Below are positions 16,490 to 31,378 of a stretch of 64,000 nucleotides of DNA, in pieces; position 1 is the stretch's first letter; each line of letters begins with the position of its first letter. Both the position numbers and the translations under genes were made by a program. The stretch comes from the human T2T-CHM13v2.0 reference genome, Homo sapiens. The notes below the pieces were generated by a model. That model was not told the DNA's origin, searched no databases, and saw only the letters and a program-made list of their open reading frames with translations. The stretch lies in assembly GCF_009914755.1 (NCBI RefSeq), contig NC_060946.1; one strand, written 5' to 3'.

Positions 16490-17073
16490 CTTTGTTTTGA
16501 GACACGGTCTCCCTCTGTCACCCAGGCTGGTACATTCTCGGCTCACTGCAACCTCCACCTCACAGGCTCAAGTGATCCTCCTGCCTCAGCCTCCCAAGTA
16601 GCTGAGACTAGAGGTACTAGCCACCACACTCAACTAATTTTTGTATTTTTTATAGAGATGGGGTTTCGCCATGTTGCCCAGGCTGGTCTCGAACTCCTGA
16701 GCTCAACCAATCTGCCCGCCTCTGCCTCCCAGAGTGCTGGGATTATAAAAGTGAGCCACTGTGCCTGGCCTGTTTTGTTTTTAATAAGGTTTTTTGTTTG
16801 TTTTGTTTTGTTTGAGACAGGATCTCACTCTGTCACCCACCTTGGTGACAGCCTCGACCTCCTGGGCTCAAGCGATCCTCCCACGTCAGCCTCCCAAGTA
16901 GCTGGGACTACAGGCATTTGCCACCATGCCTGACTGATTTTTTTATTTTTATTTTTGTAAAGATGGGTTTCGCCATGTTTCCAGGCTGGTCTCGAACTCC
17001 TGAGCTCAAGTGATCTTCCTGCCACAGCCTCCCAAAATGCTGGGATTACAGACATGAGCCATCTTGCCTGGCC
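16490..17073 (-). mobile_element. Two tandem antisense Alus
   Basis: Reverse Alu sequences ~16490-16770 and ~16790-17073. Confidence 0.9.
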
Positions 17074-17318
17074 ATTGTATTTGTCCTCGTTTTCAGTACT
17101 CTTCTGCCTCACTGAGAGGTCTCAGAGTCTGCTGTGTGGTTTCAGCAGTACCCATGGGGGCTGTGTAACATTGAAGCTGATTCAAGGAGTTTGCCCTTAG
17201 GTTACCAGGGGTTACCGCATTCCCTGAGGAATGCTGAGCGGCCATCCAGTCTGATTAACCGAGGTTCCTACTTCTCTGCCACTTCCTTTCTCTATAATTC
17301 TTACTCGCTCGCTCTCTC

Positions 17319-17417
17319 TTTTTTTTTTTTTATTATACTTTAAGTTCTAGGGTACATGTGCACAACGTGCAGGTTTGTTACATATGTATACATGCAGCTA
17401 TAAAAAAGGATGAATTC
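17319..17417 (-). mobile_element. Tiny 5'-inverted L1PA insertion
   Basis: poly-T + ttattatactttaagttctagggtacatgtgcacaacgtgcaggtttg (L1PA 3' end) joined to opposite-strand L1 piece; flanking TSD. Confidence 0.8.
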
Positions 17418-17720
17418 TTACTCTCTCTTGAGGCACAGTGTCCTCACCTGCAAAAGGTGGATAAAAATAGTCTTTGCCCCCAGGAGTGTTGTGAGGAATA
17501 AATGAGAGAATGTGTGTGCAACACTCAGTGCACAGTCAGAGCTCAGTAAGGGGTTAAAACTCTGAAAAGGGAAAATCTGCTTGTGATCCTGCAGCAAAGG
17601 GCGAAGGACGGCATGTGGGCCACACCGCCACATCTAGGTACACTGCTTGTGCTGGGCATATTCATTCATTGTATTAATTGCTACGTGGCTGAAAGTAAAA
17701 ACTTTTAAAAAGCCATAATT

Positions 17721-18020
<300 letters not shown>

Positions 18021-20270
18021 AGCCATAATTAACTTCACTGTTTCCTTGTAATATTTCACTTGGGTTTGCAAGGATGTATTTTTCTCCTCTTGCTAATCTT
18101 AACTTCCTGTATTTCCATTTTTCCCAATTGATGATCAGTACAACTAGTTTGCCATTTGCATCTGAGTCAGAGCAGTGCTAGCGATCAAAAGCCGCCCTGG
18201 GGAACCTGGAATTGTTTCATTCTCAGTGGGAGCGACACGTGTCCTGGCATCTGAGCCTTCCGAGTGAGGGGAGTGAGTCTGGCCATCAGGCTGGGGTTGA
18301 GGGACACAGGGTGCCTTGAGCCTGGCTTTCGTGCCTTCAGAGCCACAGTGCCAATGATGGGAGTGGTGGCTTGGTGTGGCGTAACTGTACCACCATACCT
18401 TGATGGTAGAATGCAGTCCTGGAATATATACATTCAGGGTCTTTCTTTCATCGCTTCTCAAGAGAGGGGTTTCAGTCTCCCGATCCTGAGCTGGTCTGAG
18501 TGCCAGCAAACAAAGTCATCACTTTTGTGCCTGTGGTCTCCCAAGGAGCACAGGATTTCCAAGGAAATTGACGGATGAGAAATCATGGGGGTGGTGGAGC
18601 TTAGAAAGCTTATTTCATTAGTAAATGGTTTGAACCGTCAAGGTCCAGCTGTGGTTTCCACTGATGGAGGAACAGGAAGAAGAGGAGCCTTGACATTTAT
18701 CTCAAGCGCCAGCAGCTTCTCTTGGATCAGGAAGACATAAAAGTCCAATGTCATCTTCAATTTGTGCAGGCTCCCCTTGGAGTTGCAGAGCCAGTGAAGT
18801 GAAGTAGAACAGTTAAAAAAACACCCGGGGAAGTGATAAATCACAGAGAGAGATTGCATATGCGGGAAAGGTGTCTCCCACAATTAAAACAAGTGGCCAG
18901 AGCCTCCCTGGCGACCTCTGGTCTGCATTGCCAGCCCTGAAGATGGCTCCTAAATTACTTAAGTTTAATAGGTAGTTAATATAGCCAACCCTCCTTATGA
19001 CCCCAGTGGGCTGAATGGCTCTGCTTGCTTTAGGAACTGGGCGTTGTATGGTAGAGCATCTTGGCCTTGACATAAAAGGTAGCATACTGGCTCCCCAGCC
19101 CTGAACCTTCCCTGCTAGAGCAAGGCAGGGGTGAGAGGGGGAAGGAAAGAAAAAGGAGTGGGGAGTGGGGTGGGGAGCAAGGATTAACAGGGAGCAGTAG
19201 CAGCACCAGATGTGGGCATAGCACACTGGGAAGAAATTGCAGTGGCGATCTGAACTCTTCCTCTCCGCCTCCTGGCTCTGTGGAAGCCCAGGGAAGGCAT
19301 TAGGAACTGCAGGCTGCTCTTAGTGCTCCTCCCGGATGGGACACCTTGGGCTCATCCCTGAAGGCCACTCCTACCACTCTCACACACTGAGTTCCTGGTG
19401 TCTCGTAACTGTTGAGAGCTTAGTTTTCTTGCTTGTTTCTGGTAGCTCTAGATAGAAGACTGTATCGGCCTCTTCTAAAAGTCAACAAGCCAATCCTGTT
19501 TTTGGTTAAGAGACTTTACCTGGTCAAGCAGTTGTTCTTTGGGAGGTGTTGAAGAGCCTACAAACCTGCCTTGCCTGCCTAGGTACTTTACCACCATTTG
19601 GAGATGCCTGAGGATATTACCAGGCCTTATTTGAGGCAGTAAAACACCCTGTTCGGCCCCTCGGCACTGAAGATGTGTTTCAGTGCAGCTCTCCTCGGCA
19701 CCGGATTCGTTGCTGCAACAGTGGGAGGGAAGAGCCAGATGCAAACTCGTTCTGCGAGCCCGAGGTTCTGTTCTCATGATCCTTGCTGTGATTTCTCTTT
19801 TGATGTTGGCAATTTTAAAATGACATCAGTCTATCTGGACCTTTTTCCTAAGGCTCTTGCTCAGACCACTCAGTAGATAGCCGCCACCTGCCCAGTGAGG
19901 TGAATCAGGCCCATTAGGCCATTTGTCAGGGGAAGGAACAGAGGAGCAGCGGAGGGCCCCGCCGGCCAGTGCCACAGGGCAGCCTGCAAAGCAGGTAGAC
20001 AGGTTTTCAGGCAGCTTTTGCTGCTTTGGGTCCCTCAGGGATTAATACACAAAAAGGGCCCCTTGGGTATTCAGTGGCAGATTTCTCTTGAGAGCAGATA
20101 AAGTCGCTAATAACAAATTGGATTTGTTCATTGGGGTGGACTTGGCCTTTCGTTCCACCTCTGTGTAGGATAAGTGTGTGGATAGTGCTCCCACTGTGCA
20201 CATCACCATATGGCATTTGGGTGCAGCTGTCCCTAGCCAGACTGCAGAAAAGCTTGATCTGGGCCGGACG

Positions 20271-20594
<324 letters not shown>

Positions 20595-21371
20595 TTAGTA
20601 CAGCCATCCCCCTTTACTGGCCCTTCCTCTTTGCTTATTTGGAAGGGGGAAGGTTTCCCACACCCCAAACCAAAGATTCTTTTGGAATTTGCTGCTGCTG
20701 GATTCAGCTGTCACCTTTCTGCTCTGAGTCTGCTTTCTCCCTGTGGATCCGGTGCCAGAGGATCTGCACGTCCTTTTGTGTCTACACCCTCCCCCGCTCC
20801 TTCGTTTTCAATATGTAGTAGTGGAGAGGAAGTGTAACATGATTTTAGGGCTCACATTTCAATTCCACTGCATTTTTATGGGACAAGCAGAGACCCAGCG
20901 CCTGGAGTTATTAGGTTAGTATCTAAAATGGGTTCAGTACTGTGAGTCTTATTGTTTAAAATGAATGAGATGGTCCCCTCCTACCTTCTTTTCTCCTCCC
21001 CTGGGATGAGTGGATTGAGGCAAGGCCCCCAGAGACTAGTTGAAGGAATCCTGGTGCTCTGATTAGTTTTGTTCCCCAGCTTAATTGTACAGCTTCCTTT
21101 CTCTCACCACTGATAGCCAAAGTAGCTCTGTGTCTCCCCCAACCTTCCCTTGCTTTAGGAACAAGATGATCACAATGCAGCCTTGTGAATCAATTTTCTG
21201 TCTGTGCTGATGAAAGTGTAATTCATTCTTAATCAAGCAGCCTTGCTGCTGCAGGCTCCGTGCCGGAATACATTTAGTTACCCTCCCATCACTTTGGGAA
21301 ACGATCCCCCAAAAGGGCTTTTAGAGGAGAGCTGGAAGGAGAGTTGGCCGTGCGCCTCATGCTGTGGTTTT

Positions 21372-21385
21372 CCAGCAGGGGGCAC
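21372..21385 (+). promoter_or_regulatory. CTCF core motif
   Basis: CCAGCAGGGGGCAC = 14/14 to CCASYAGRKGGCRS. Confidence 0.6.
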
Positions 21386-24300
21386 TCAGGAACGATGCTG
21401 GCGGAGGCTTTGTAGCTGGAAGCCGTCTGCTGCTGGCAGGGCAGCAGGAGAATGTTTGTCACAGGTGCCTTCCAGGCTTGCTTTCTCCAGACCCTGGGGC
21501 CATTTCTCAGAAGTACCCTAATGGGCCACCCAAAATCCTCAGGTAGCAGTGAGGAGGAACAGTTGAAGATGCAGATTGCATGCCTGGGTTAGAGAGTGCC
21601 GGCTGGGTACCAGGTTCTTTTAGCCAGCCTCTTCTGTCTTTTTAAGTAGACAGATGTGTCTCCTGAATCTGAACTTGTTTAGATTGGGTGGATGTGTCTG
21701 TTTTTGTCACACCACACACAATTTGGGGAGCGTAAGGAGGCCCAGCTCTGCCAGAATGGAACTCTCCTAAGTTCTCCCCTGCCGTCTCACAGCCTGCTGG
21801 CTGTCACAAACAGCTGGCAGTTTTATGGACAAGTGGGCAGGGGAAAAGGGACCCTGCCGGGGCTGAGTCTCGATGTTGGGCAGGAAGTAAAAGCCAGGAC
21901 CCAACAAGTGGATCAGAGGGGGGATGTGAAGATGAACAGTCAGATAGCAATAAAGCCTCATAGATCTGCCCCAGAGAAAGAAAAGGAAGTTCGTCTCCTC
22001 AGAATGGAATTGGATTAGTGACAGACTTGAGCAGCCGGTTCAGTCGAGAGAGAACTTAATTCCTCCTGTGTTATTCACACGGCTGATTCTAATCAGATGT
22101 GAAGAGACAGCTGGAGGAGAGCAGCGGGTCAGCCCATGCCTGGTGCGGAGGCTTCATGTTCTTGTAGGCATCTTCAGGGAACTGGCAGGAGCGCTTTGGG
22201 TTGGAGACTCTGAGCAGGGCCCTTGGGTTTATAGCCTGCCCAAGGAACTGGGCCTGGCTGCGGGACTCCCATGGTTGGACCTTGTCTAGATTCAGTGAAA
22301 GTTTTGAAGGACAGTGCATGACAGACGTCACTGGTCAGGTTCACCAGAGCTTGGCTCACTTGTCTTCAGAAGGATTCAAAGGCAGTTGACCAGACTTGGC
22401 AAGTCCCAGACTGGTGCAGCCACTGTCCTCGAGACCCTGGTTGTACACCCTGAGGTGCTTCTGCTTCATTACCTGCTGAAATTTGGAGACCTCTTCTTCC
22501 TGGATAACCTTCAAGATACTCATTGTGCATGCGAGGAATTCCCCGCCCTCCTGGGGGGACTCCACTCCCCAGGCAGGCAAGGTTGGGCAAGGGGAGGGCT
22601 GTTGCTGGATTGCCAAAGGGAGCATGGACATTTTTGTTTGGAATTCAGGGTGGGAATGGGACTCACCAGAGTGGCTTCAGTGCTCAACTCACAGTGCAAC
22701 ATAGGACAAGGTGAAGGCCTTCTTGGGAGGCCTCTTCTGGCTCTAGCAAGCAGGTGTTGCTGGGCAGTGTAGAGGGACCCAGGCCGGTTGCTGAGCAGGA
22801 AGATGTACCTAACACTGATGGGCCTGCACACCTTAGGGTATGAGAGCATCGCAGGGGAACCAGGAAACTTGTTAGCTGGTTTTCATGTGTTTAAAAAGAA
22901 GACTCGGAGGCAGAGTTTATTTTATGAAGGGCTAGCTTTTTGCCATTTCTTCTGAGCTTTTGCCTTTTCCTTTATGAATACTTCCTGCCTATGGGTGTAC
23001 TGTAAATGTAACAGCCAGTGAGCTTTCTAGAAGCAGCAGATGGTGAAAGATCCACAGGTGAGGAGCCTGCCCACTGGAGGGGCGAGACAGTGCCCAGGCA
23101 GGGCGTGCAGGTGGCAGAGCTGTTTGCATGCTCCGCGGGGTGGCTTCCCAAGCTCTCTGTAGAAAAACTGCCTGAGGGCAAATGGCTCCACTGAGCTGCT
23201 ACCTGCAGGAAAGAAGCTCAAGGGCTCTCCTCGTCTCACTGCCTGCCTTCTTCACCTGCTGGGAGGAGGGCATTGTGGTGTCTGAGATAAAGGATACCCC
23301 CAAGGTGGAAGCAGAGCCATGGGGGTGGCCTCCAGCAGCAGGGAGGAGCATTGTGCAGTAAATTCTGACTCCGGGGCTCCTGTGGGGATTGGAACCCATA
23401 GGAATTGCACAATGAGGGTAAAGGATGGGGCGGCAGCAGCCAGGTCTGTCTAAGGGGCGAGCAGCAGTGGCCGAAGGCTCCCAGGGCCCTCGGGCAGCAG
23501 CCCTTGCTGACCAGTGCAGCCAGGTCGTGGCTGCCTCCAGCTGGTGGGTCTGCCTTCCCCTCTGACCGCCTCAGTGCCTTCTGGAGGACTGTGGCTCTCT
23601 CTCCTGCCCAGTGGCTGTGGTGCCTTCCTACTTCTGTGTGGGCAGACTGATTTCCCTCTCTACCTTTACTTGTGGCTGAGGCGAAGCTCCTGCTCTTGCA
23701 AGATAAGAGGTGGGGCTGAGGCGCTGCAGTGCAGCTCAGGTGGGGCTCAGGAAGCACCCCACCCACCCCAGAGCACTCTGCATCCTAATAAGCACATGCT
23801 CGAGTCACTGGAATCTGGTGCTGCTGGCAGTGCCAGAACCCTCCCCTAGCACCTCGAGGGGACAGCCAGCATGCTCCTCGGGTGGAGGATCCAGGAATTC
23901 TTGGAGCCAACATTGCACAAATGGGCAGGAGCCTCTCAAGGCCCCCACAGCCTGGGCTCCCTGCCTGGGGAAGTGGCCAGGCTTCATAGGGGCATCACTT
24001 GGCCCGCCTGGTAGGCATGGAGGCCAGTGCCATACGTGACCTTGTTGTTGCCTGCACCCCTTCCTAACGAGCACCCTGCTCCCCACTGGAAGGAGAGGGG
24101 CCAGGGCTCCTCCCTCCCCAGGGAGGGGAGAAACGTGATGTTGCTATTAGCAATAACAGCTGCCGAGTTCCCACCATGCGCCAGGTGCAGTGTTGAGTGC
24201 ATCACACGCGGTTCCCAATTCCTCTGCCTGTCACCCCACGAGGAAGGGGCTGCCATCACGCCCGCTTCACAGTGAGGAACTGAGGCTAGAGGGGAGCAAG

Positions 24301-26114
24301 TGACCTGCCCAGGGCCACACAGCTGGTCAGTGGCCCAGCTGGGCCTTGCACCAGGCAGCTGACTGTGCCTGTATCTGACTCAAAGTGGCTGTTCTTTTCA
24401 GAAACCTGAGCGGAGATACTGGGCTCACATGCTTTCATTTAAACCCTCTCTCATTTTTGCCCCAGTAGTTATCTGGCAGCTAAATCTCTTCCTCCTTTCT
24501 TCCCCAGTGACCATTCTGGTTCCCATCATCACAGGGCACATAACTCCTGGCCCTTCTCCTCTGATTACATTTAGGGAGAAGCCCATCCTGATGCAGCTCC
24601 CTTCTAGAGGGAGTTCCATTTAGGCAAAAAAGCGCTCTCCATTCCCATCAGAACCGGGCTTTCCAAAGGGCTCTGAAATTGGTTCCACTGAAGAAGGCAG
24701 CTGAGCTGCCTCCCCACATTCCGCTTGTTAGTCGGGAACTTCAAGGCCAAAAGATTTGGCAGGATTTAAAGAGTTGCTCTCAAGCTGTCTCATTCTGAGC
24801 ACACTAATGCTGTCTGTCTTCTGATGGTGAAGTGGTGGGTTTGGAGTCTCCCTCCCCTGCCCTTTATGGAGCCGCCGATAGTACCGAGGACTCTTCACAT
24901 GCAGACTCGAGGGGTCCAGAGAATGGGCCAGACCATCTTGCCTGCCCCATGGCAACCTCCAGAGGAAAGAGGCTCAGAGAGGTCAGGGGTGTCTGCAGTG
25001 AGCTGCTGATGGCAGAGAGTGAGCTCTCGGACCTTCTCAGCCGGGTGTGGAGCTCTTGCCTCTCCCGCGAACCTCAGTTTAGTTATCTTCATAGCCCACG
25101 TCCTGGTCGCTTAACAAACATTGAGCTCCTGATCGGCACATAACACTAAGCCAGATATTTGGGGGATATGAAGATGAATGGTACAGACTCCCTCCCCTCC
25201 ACCCCCGCACTCCTGTGGGAAGTCCCGGAGCTGGAAATGGAACACAGTCACACCCAAGGCATTGATTTCAGGAGTCAGCAGAGAGCAGGGAGTAGGGAGA
25301 GTGCTGGCTCCAGATGCTTCTATCCAGGGAGATGCTGGGAAGTGGCCCAGAGTCAAGGGCTTAGGAGGTTGCAAACCTCACTATGCCAAGAGCTCGGTCC
25401 CTGATCCACCCCATCCCCTTCCACATCTCCCTGACTGTCCTTCTTTACATTTGCTGGGCAGAGTGCCACCTGTGTGCACCAGCCCTCCCTGCCTGCACAA
25501 GCCACACTGAGAAAGCCGTTGCCTCCAGCTCATGGAGAGAAACACCTTCTCAGCTGCCACGTCATGAGCAAGTTTGCTTCGGGACCACCTGGGAAACCAG
25601 GAGTAGAAGGGGTAAACTCTTCCTCATCTGCCACAGGCCTGCCTTGCCTCAGGCCACGTCACCTTACCCCAGCCATGTTGCCAGGGCATGAGGACTAAGA
25701 TGCTTGCCCTGCCAAGCCCGGAGGGGATGAGCAGCCTCAGCTGGTGCCGCCACAGACAGCACACCACAGAGGTGGCTCAGGGACCTTGGTAGATGGGAAT
25801 GTGAGAATCTATTAAAATAGGCAGGGATCTCCGGTCCTCTGTCAAGAGGCAATGCTGACGGCTTTTTCCTGCTGGCGTGCCTCTGCCCACCAGCCTTCCC
25901 CTTGCACATCCTCATTTGTCACCTCCTAATTTGAATTATTGGGCAAATCTGGCCGCTTATTTGGGACTGACAGCCAACTTCTTGAGCATCTATTTGAACA
26001 GCCTTCCCTTTCGCTCCCAGCCACCTTTGAGGTGAGTCCAAGTGGCAGGACAGGACCCTGTGTGACAGAGCGGAGGTCTTGTGCCCTCTCAGCTTCTTCT
26101 CTGCTTTCTTACAG

Positions 26115-26165
26115 CTCACCTTGCAGAGCGCCAAGTCCCGAGTGGCCTTCTTTGAAGAGCTCTAG
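26115..26165 (+). CDS. NF2: Merlin exon 17 coding part (isoform 1 C-terminus LTLQSAKSRVAFFEEL*)
   Basis: ctttcttacag|CTCACCTTG...GAGCTCTAG; matches known isoform 1 tail. Confidence 0.98.
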   Translation, partial: LTLQSAKSRVAFFEEL

Positions 26166-27100
26166 CAGGTGACCCAGCCACCCCAGGACCTGCCACTTCT
26201 CCTGCTACCGGGACCGCGGGATGGACCAGATATCAAGAGAGCCATCCATAGGGAGCTGGCTGGGGGTTTCCGTGGGAGCTCCAGAACTTTCCCCAGCTGA
26301 GTGAAGAGCCCAGCCCCTCTTATGTGCAATTGCCTTGAACTACGACCCTGTAGAGATTTCTCTCATGGCGTTCTAGTTCTCTGACCTGAGTCTTTGTTTT
26401 AAGAAGTATTTGTCTTCCTTTGTCTAATGTGGGATTCCTGACTCCCTTCGTCCAAGGCACCGGTGTGTGTGTGTCTTGCACTCCAGAGCTGACCTCCACC
26501 GCCCAGCCTGGGAAGTCATTGTAGGGAGTGAGACACTGAAGCCCTGAGAAGCCAGTGCCATCATCCCCACCCCGCCCAGGGTTCCGGAACATTCATTCCC
26601 CCACCGGTGAGGACCTGGCATGCAGCGAAGCAGCCCAGCCCGGCGGATCCCAGGCCAGCACGCCTGCCGGCTTCTCATCGTCAGGGAGCCCGCCCAGAGC
26701 TCGTGACGAGCAAGTGCTGGGTCCCCGCCAGGCACCCCGAGGCGGCGCTCTGGCTGGCAGCTGGTGGGGAATAGGCAGGGCAGCTGTGGCTGGGGAGAGA
26801 CTTTAGGCAGAAGCTGTGATGCAGGCTGACTGCCAGCCGAGGGGCTGGGTAGTGCCGTGCGGGAGCTGATGGTACAGGGCACTCGCTGTCCCCCTCCGGC
26901 CACCCTAGACCAGGGTCCGAGAGGCAGGCAGGAGCCACTCATGTCTTCCCCATTGCCCGACGCCCATAGACGCTCCTTCCTGTGTGGGGCTGGGGTACTC
27001 CCTGGTCGTACTGCAGTCAGCACCCGTAACCCGGCTATGACCAGGGATCTGTAAGCCCTGTGGCTCCACAGGTGCTGCTTCTCACTGGCCCAGACTCTGA

Positions 27101-27700
<600 letters not shown>

Positions 27701-28132
27701 CCCTTCTTGCCCTTTCTTTTCTCCATGGCTGATGCTGCTGTGGCCAGCCAGGGCCCTTGAGATCCTTCCAGTTTGGCTGTTATGCAAAGCAGGTGATTTG
27801 TCTTAATCAGATAAAAGATAGAGGCTATGGGGGCCTCAAGATTTTTGGAGAGCAGAGGTGGTCTCTGGCAATTCCATCTGGTTTTGAGAAACTTAGCAGC
27901 TCACAGAGCACAGAGATCCTGCCTTCTTCCTACTATCAGGCTGACCTAATGGGGTTGGGCTGCTCGGCAACTGCTTGGGTCACCTTGCCCCAAGGAAACC
28001 AGCCCTGGGTGCCACCCAGCCACTTAGGGTCTACAGGGTGGGACTCCAGACCTAGAGCGTAAGTATGGATGTTGTGGCCCTGTGTCTTCCTAGTGTGACC
28101 CAGCCAGGAGCGGAAGCTTCAGGCGTTTGTAA

Positions 28133-28540
<408 letters not shown>

Positions 28541-28921
28541 TAAATTTGTTCTTTAACAATGGCTGCAGGTGGGAGCATATGGTGGTTTATAAAAACGCTG
28601 TCGGGCTTTGTTTCCTTCTTTAGCTGCCGTGTCTACTTCTGAAGTCTGGGAAGTGCCAAGCCACGCGGCCTCAAGGGAGCTGGCTGGTGTTTGAGCTGTG
28701 GCAGAAGCACCTGGGGCTCCAGGGAGCAGGCTGGGAACTGCAGGACCTTGCTCAGCCAGGAGCACTTCCCCCTCCTTGAGGCAGGAATACTGAGGTGCCT
28801 CCCCACAGATGGAGAAGGTGGAGAGGAGGATGGGCCTCAGGAGCATCTCAAGCCCCAGTAGCAGGAGAAAGAAAGAAAGAGATGCCTGGTTTTCACAGAC
28901 TGGTTCCTGTGGCTGGGATGA

Positions 28922-29256
<335 letters not shown>

Positions 29257-29938
29257 TAGGGCCTGGGAGTTTGTCAAGTAAGGAAGTCTCAAGCCCAAAG
29301 AGCAGCGTCCTGACCATGGTGGTTTCATTACGAGCCCTTCTGCTGGCTCTCAGGCAGAAGCCCCACAGCACCGGGACCATTCATGAGGTCACTGCCCAGC
29401 TCATGATGTCCGTGAGGCTGTCCTTTTGGCCAGTAGCCGTGTGCAGCTGTGTGGCACAGATGGCTTCGTTCATCCTGATCAAGGCCCCACCTCAGCCACA
29501 GCAGTCCCCCCAACCTGTGTTGTCCACCCTATTATTCATGTACCTGCCAGGCCCTGCTAGATAGCACCCCGTGGCATTACATAACACTTCATGAGTGGCT
29601 GTGTCTTGTAATTTTGGGGACAGGTTTCTCTCTTTCCCTCTCTTTTTTTTGTCAAAAGCCCAGAGACTGACAACCAGCTGCAGTGTCTAAGTGTTCCTCA
29701 CTGACAGGGTGGGGCCTCACCACCCCTGGAGGGAGCAGCGTTGGCAGGGAGACAGCCTGGCCCAGTGACCCTGGGCCCAAGCCAGCCCCTCCAGGGCTTT
29801 CAGGGAAGCGCCATCCATTTTCAAAGATGTCAAACGTCACTTCTTCCTGTAGGGCCCGAGTCCTGCCTCCTATCAGGGCCAGATCATAGAAGGCTATTTT
29901 CTATTCTGGGGAACGATTATAACTTAAATGATTGTTTT

Positions 29939-29944
29939 AATAAA
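29939..29944 (+). terminator. NF2 distal poly(A) signal AATAAA
   Basis: Canonical hexamer, AU-rich upstream, GU/U-rich downstream (cttgccttgggcttcctcagtttgcctgttg). Confidence 0.85.
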
Positions 29945-30781
29945 AATTCTAAGCTGGAAAATACTTGCCTTGGGCTTCCTCAGTTTGCCTGTTGCTCAGG
30001 CCATTGAGGCGTCAAGAACACGGCTGGGTGGTGGGGCTGTCTTGTGGTTCTGTGGAGAAACGAGCCCTCTGCTGTCTCTCACTGCTTGGGCCTTCACCTC
30101 TGGCCCCTTGTCTTTGGTGGCAAAAGAATCACCTCCTTCCACAGACCTCTAATGACACCTTCGCCAGGGAACTGCCTCCCTCTTCCTGGGGCACTTGGGG
30201 GGTGGCAAGGGCCCTGCATGGCGTCCCAGCACTCCATTTCCTCTCTGTGGTCCCTGCCCATCCGTGATTTCAGACCAGAGAACTAGGGAGCTGGGCTGGG
30301 TGATCCTTCCAGACATTTCTGTTTTCGGCGTTCCAGGCTCTGGGGGTGCATGCAGAGCCCCTGGGGCCCAGGCGCTGTCTGCAGAGTAAATGAGGCGCAG
30401 CCACTGTCAGGGCTATGTGACATTTGCACTTGAAGTTGGAAATCACCACTGCAGAGCTTATAGTTTGGGTTTTGCTTCTGTTTTCTTAAGCAACAAAAGT
30501 CCTTTATTAAGACCAAAACTTCTATAGGATAACTCTGTCCCGAAGCACTGCAGCCCCAGTTGGAGAGTCAGACAGCACAGTGTGGCTGCCGGGACTTCTA
30601 AGGGACCCACTCGACACACTTGTCAGGACATACTTCAGGTTTCCATTGCACAAGCCAGTGAGGAAAACAGCCTATCAAAATACACAACGTCTTTCCAAAA
30701 TGTTTTGAGTTATACATAACTTGTGTTTGTTTTTTTTTTTAGAAAGATGTTTGAAGTGGATAAACTAAAGAATATGAAAAG

Positions 30782-31088
30782 TTTTTTCTTTTTTCTTTTT
30801 TTTTTGAGACAGAGTCTCACTGTGTCACCCAGGCTGGAGTGCAGTGGCCTGATCTCAGGTCACTGCAACCTCTGCCTCCCCGGTTCAAGTGATTCTGCTG
30901 CCTCAGCGTCCTGAGTAGCTGGGATTACAGGCACCTGCCACCATGCCAAGCTAATTTTTTTGTATTTTTAGTAGAGACGGGGTTTCACCATGTTGGCCAG
31001 GCTGGTCTCGAACTCCTGACCTCAAGCAATCTGCCCGCCTCGGCCTCCCAAAGTGCTGGGATTACAGGCGTGAGCCACCGTGTCCGGC
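30782..31088 (-). mobile_element. Alu
   Basis: Reverse Alu with TSD AAGAATATGAAAAGTTTT. Confidence 0.95.
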
Positions 31089-31142
31089 AAGAATATGAAA
31101 AGTTTTAACAATTTGTTGTTAGCTTTGAATATATAGAATTGG

Positions 31143-31378
31143 TCAACCTGGGCCACATAGAGAGACCCCGTGTCTACAAAAAAATTTAAAAATTAGCCAG
31201 GTGTGGCTGCACCTATAGGCCCAGCTTTTTGGGAGGCTGAGGTGGGAAGATCACTTAAACCTGGGAGTGTGAGGCTGTAGTGAGTCAAGATCATGCCACT
31301 ACCCTCCAGCCTGGGTAACAGCGAGACTGTCTCAAAAAAAAAAAAAAGTGACAGAGTGAGACCATCTCAAAAAAAAAA
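31143..31378 (+). mobile_element. 5'-truncated Alu with duplicated 3' end
   Basis: Alu right arm, A-tail, then repeat gtgacagagtgagaccatctc + A-tail. Confidence 0.85.
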
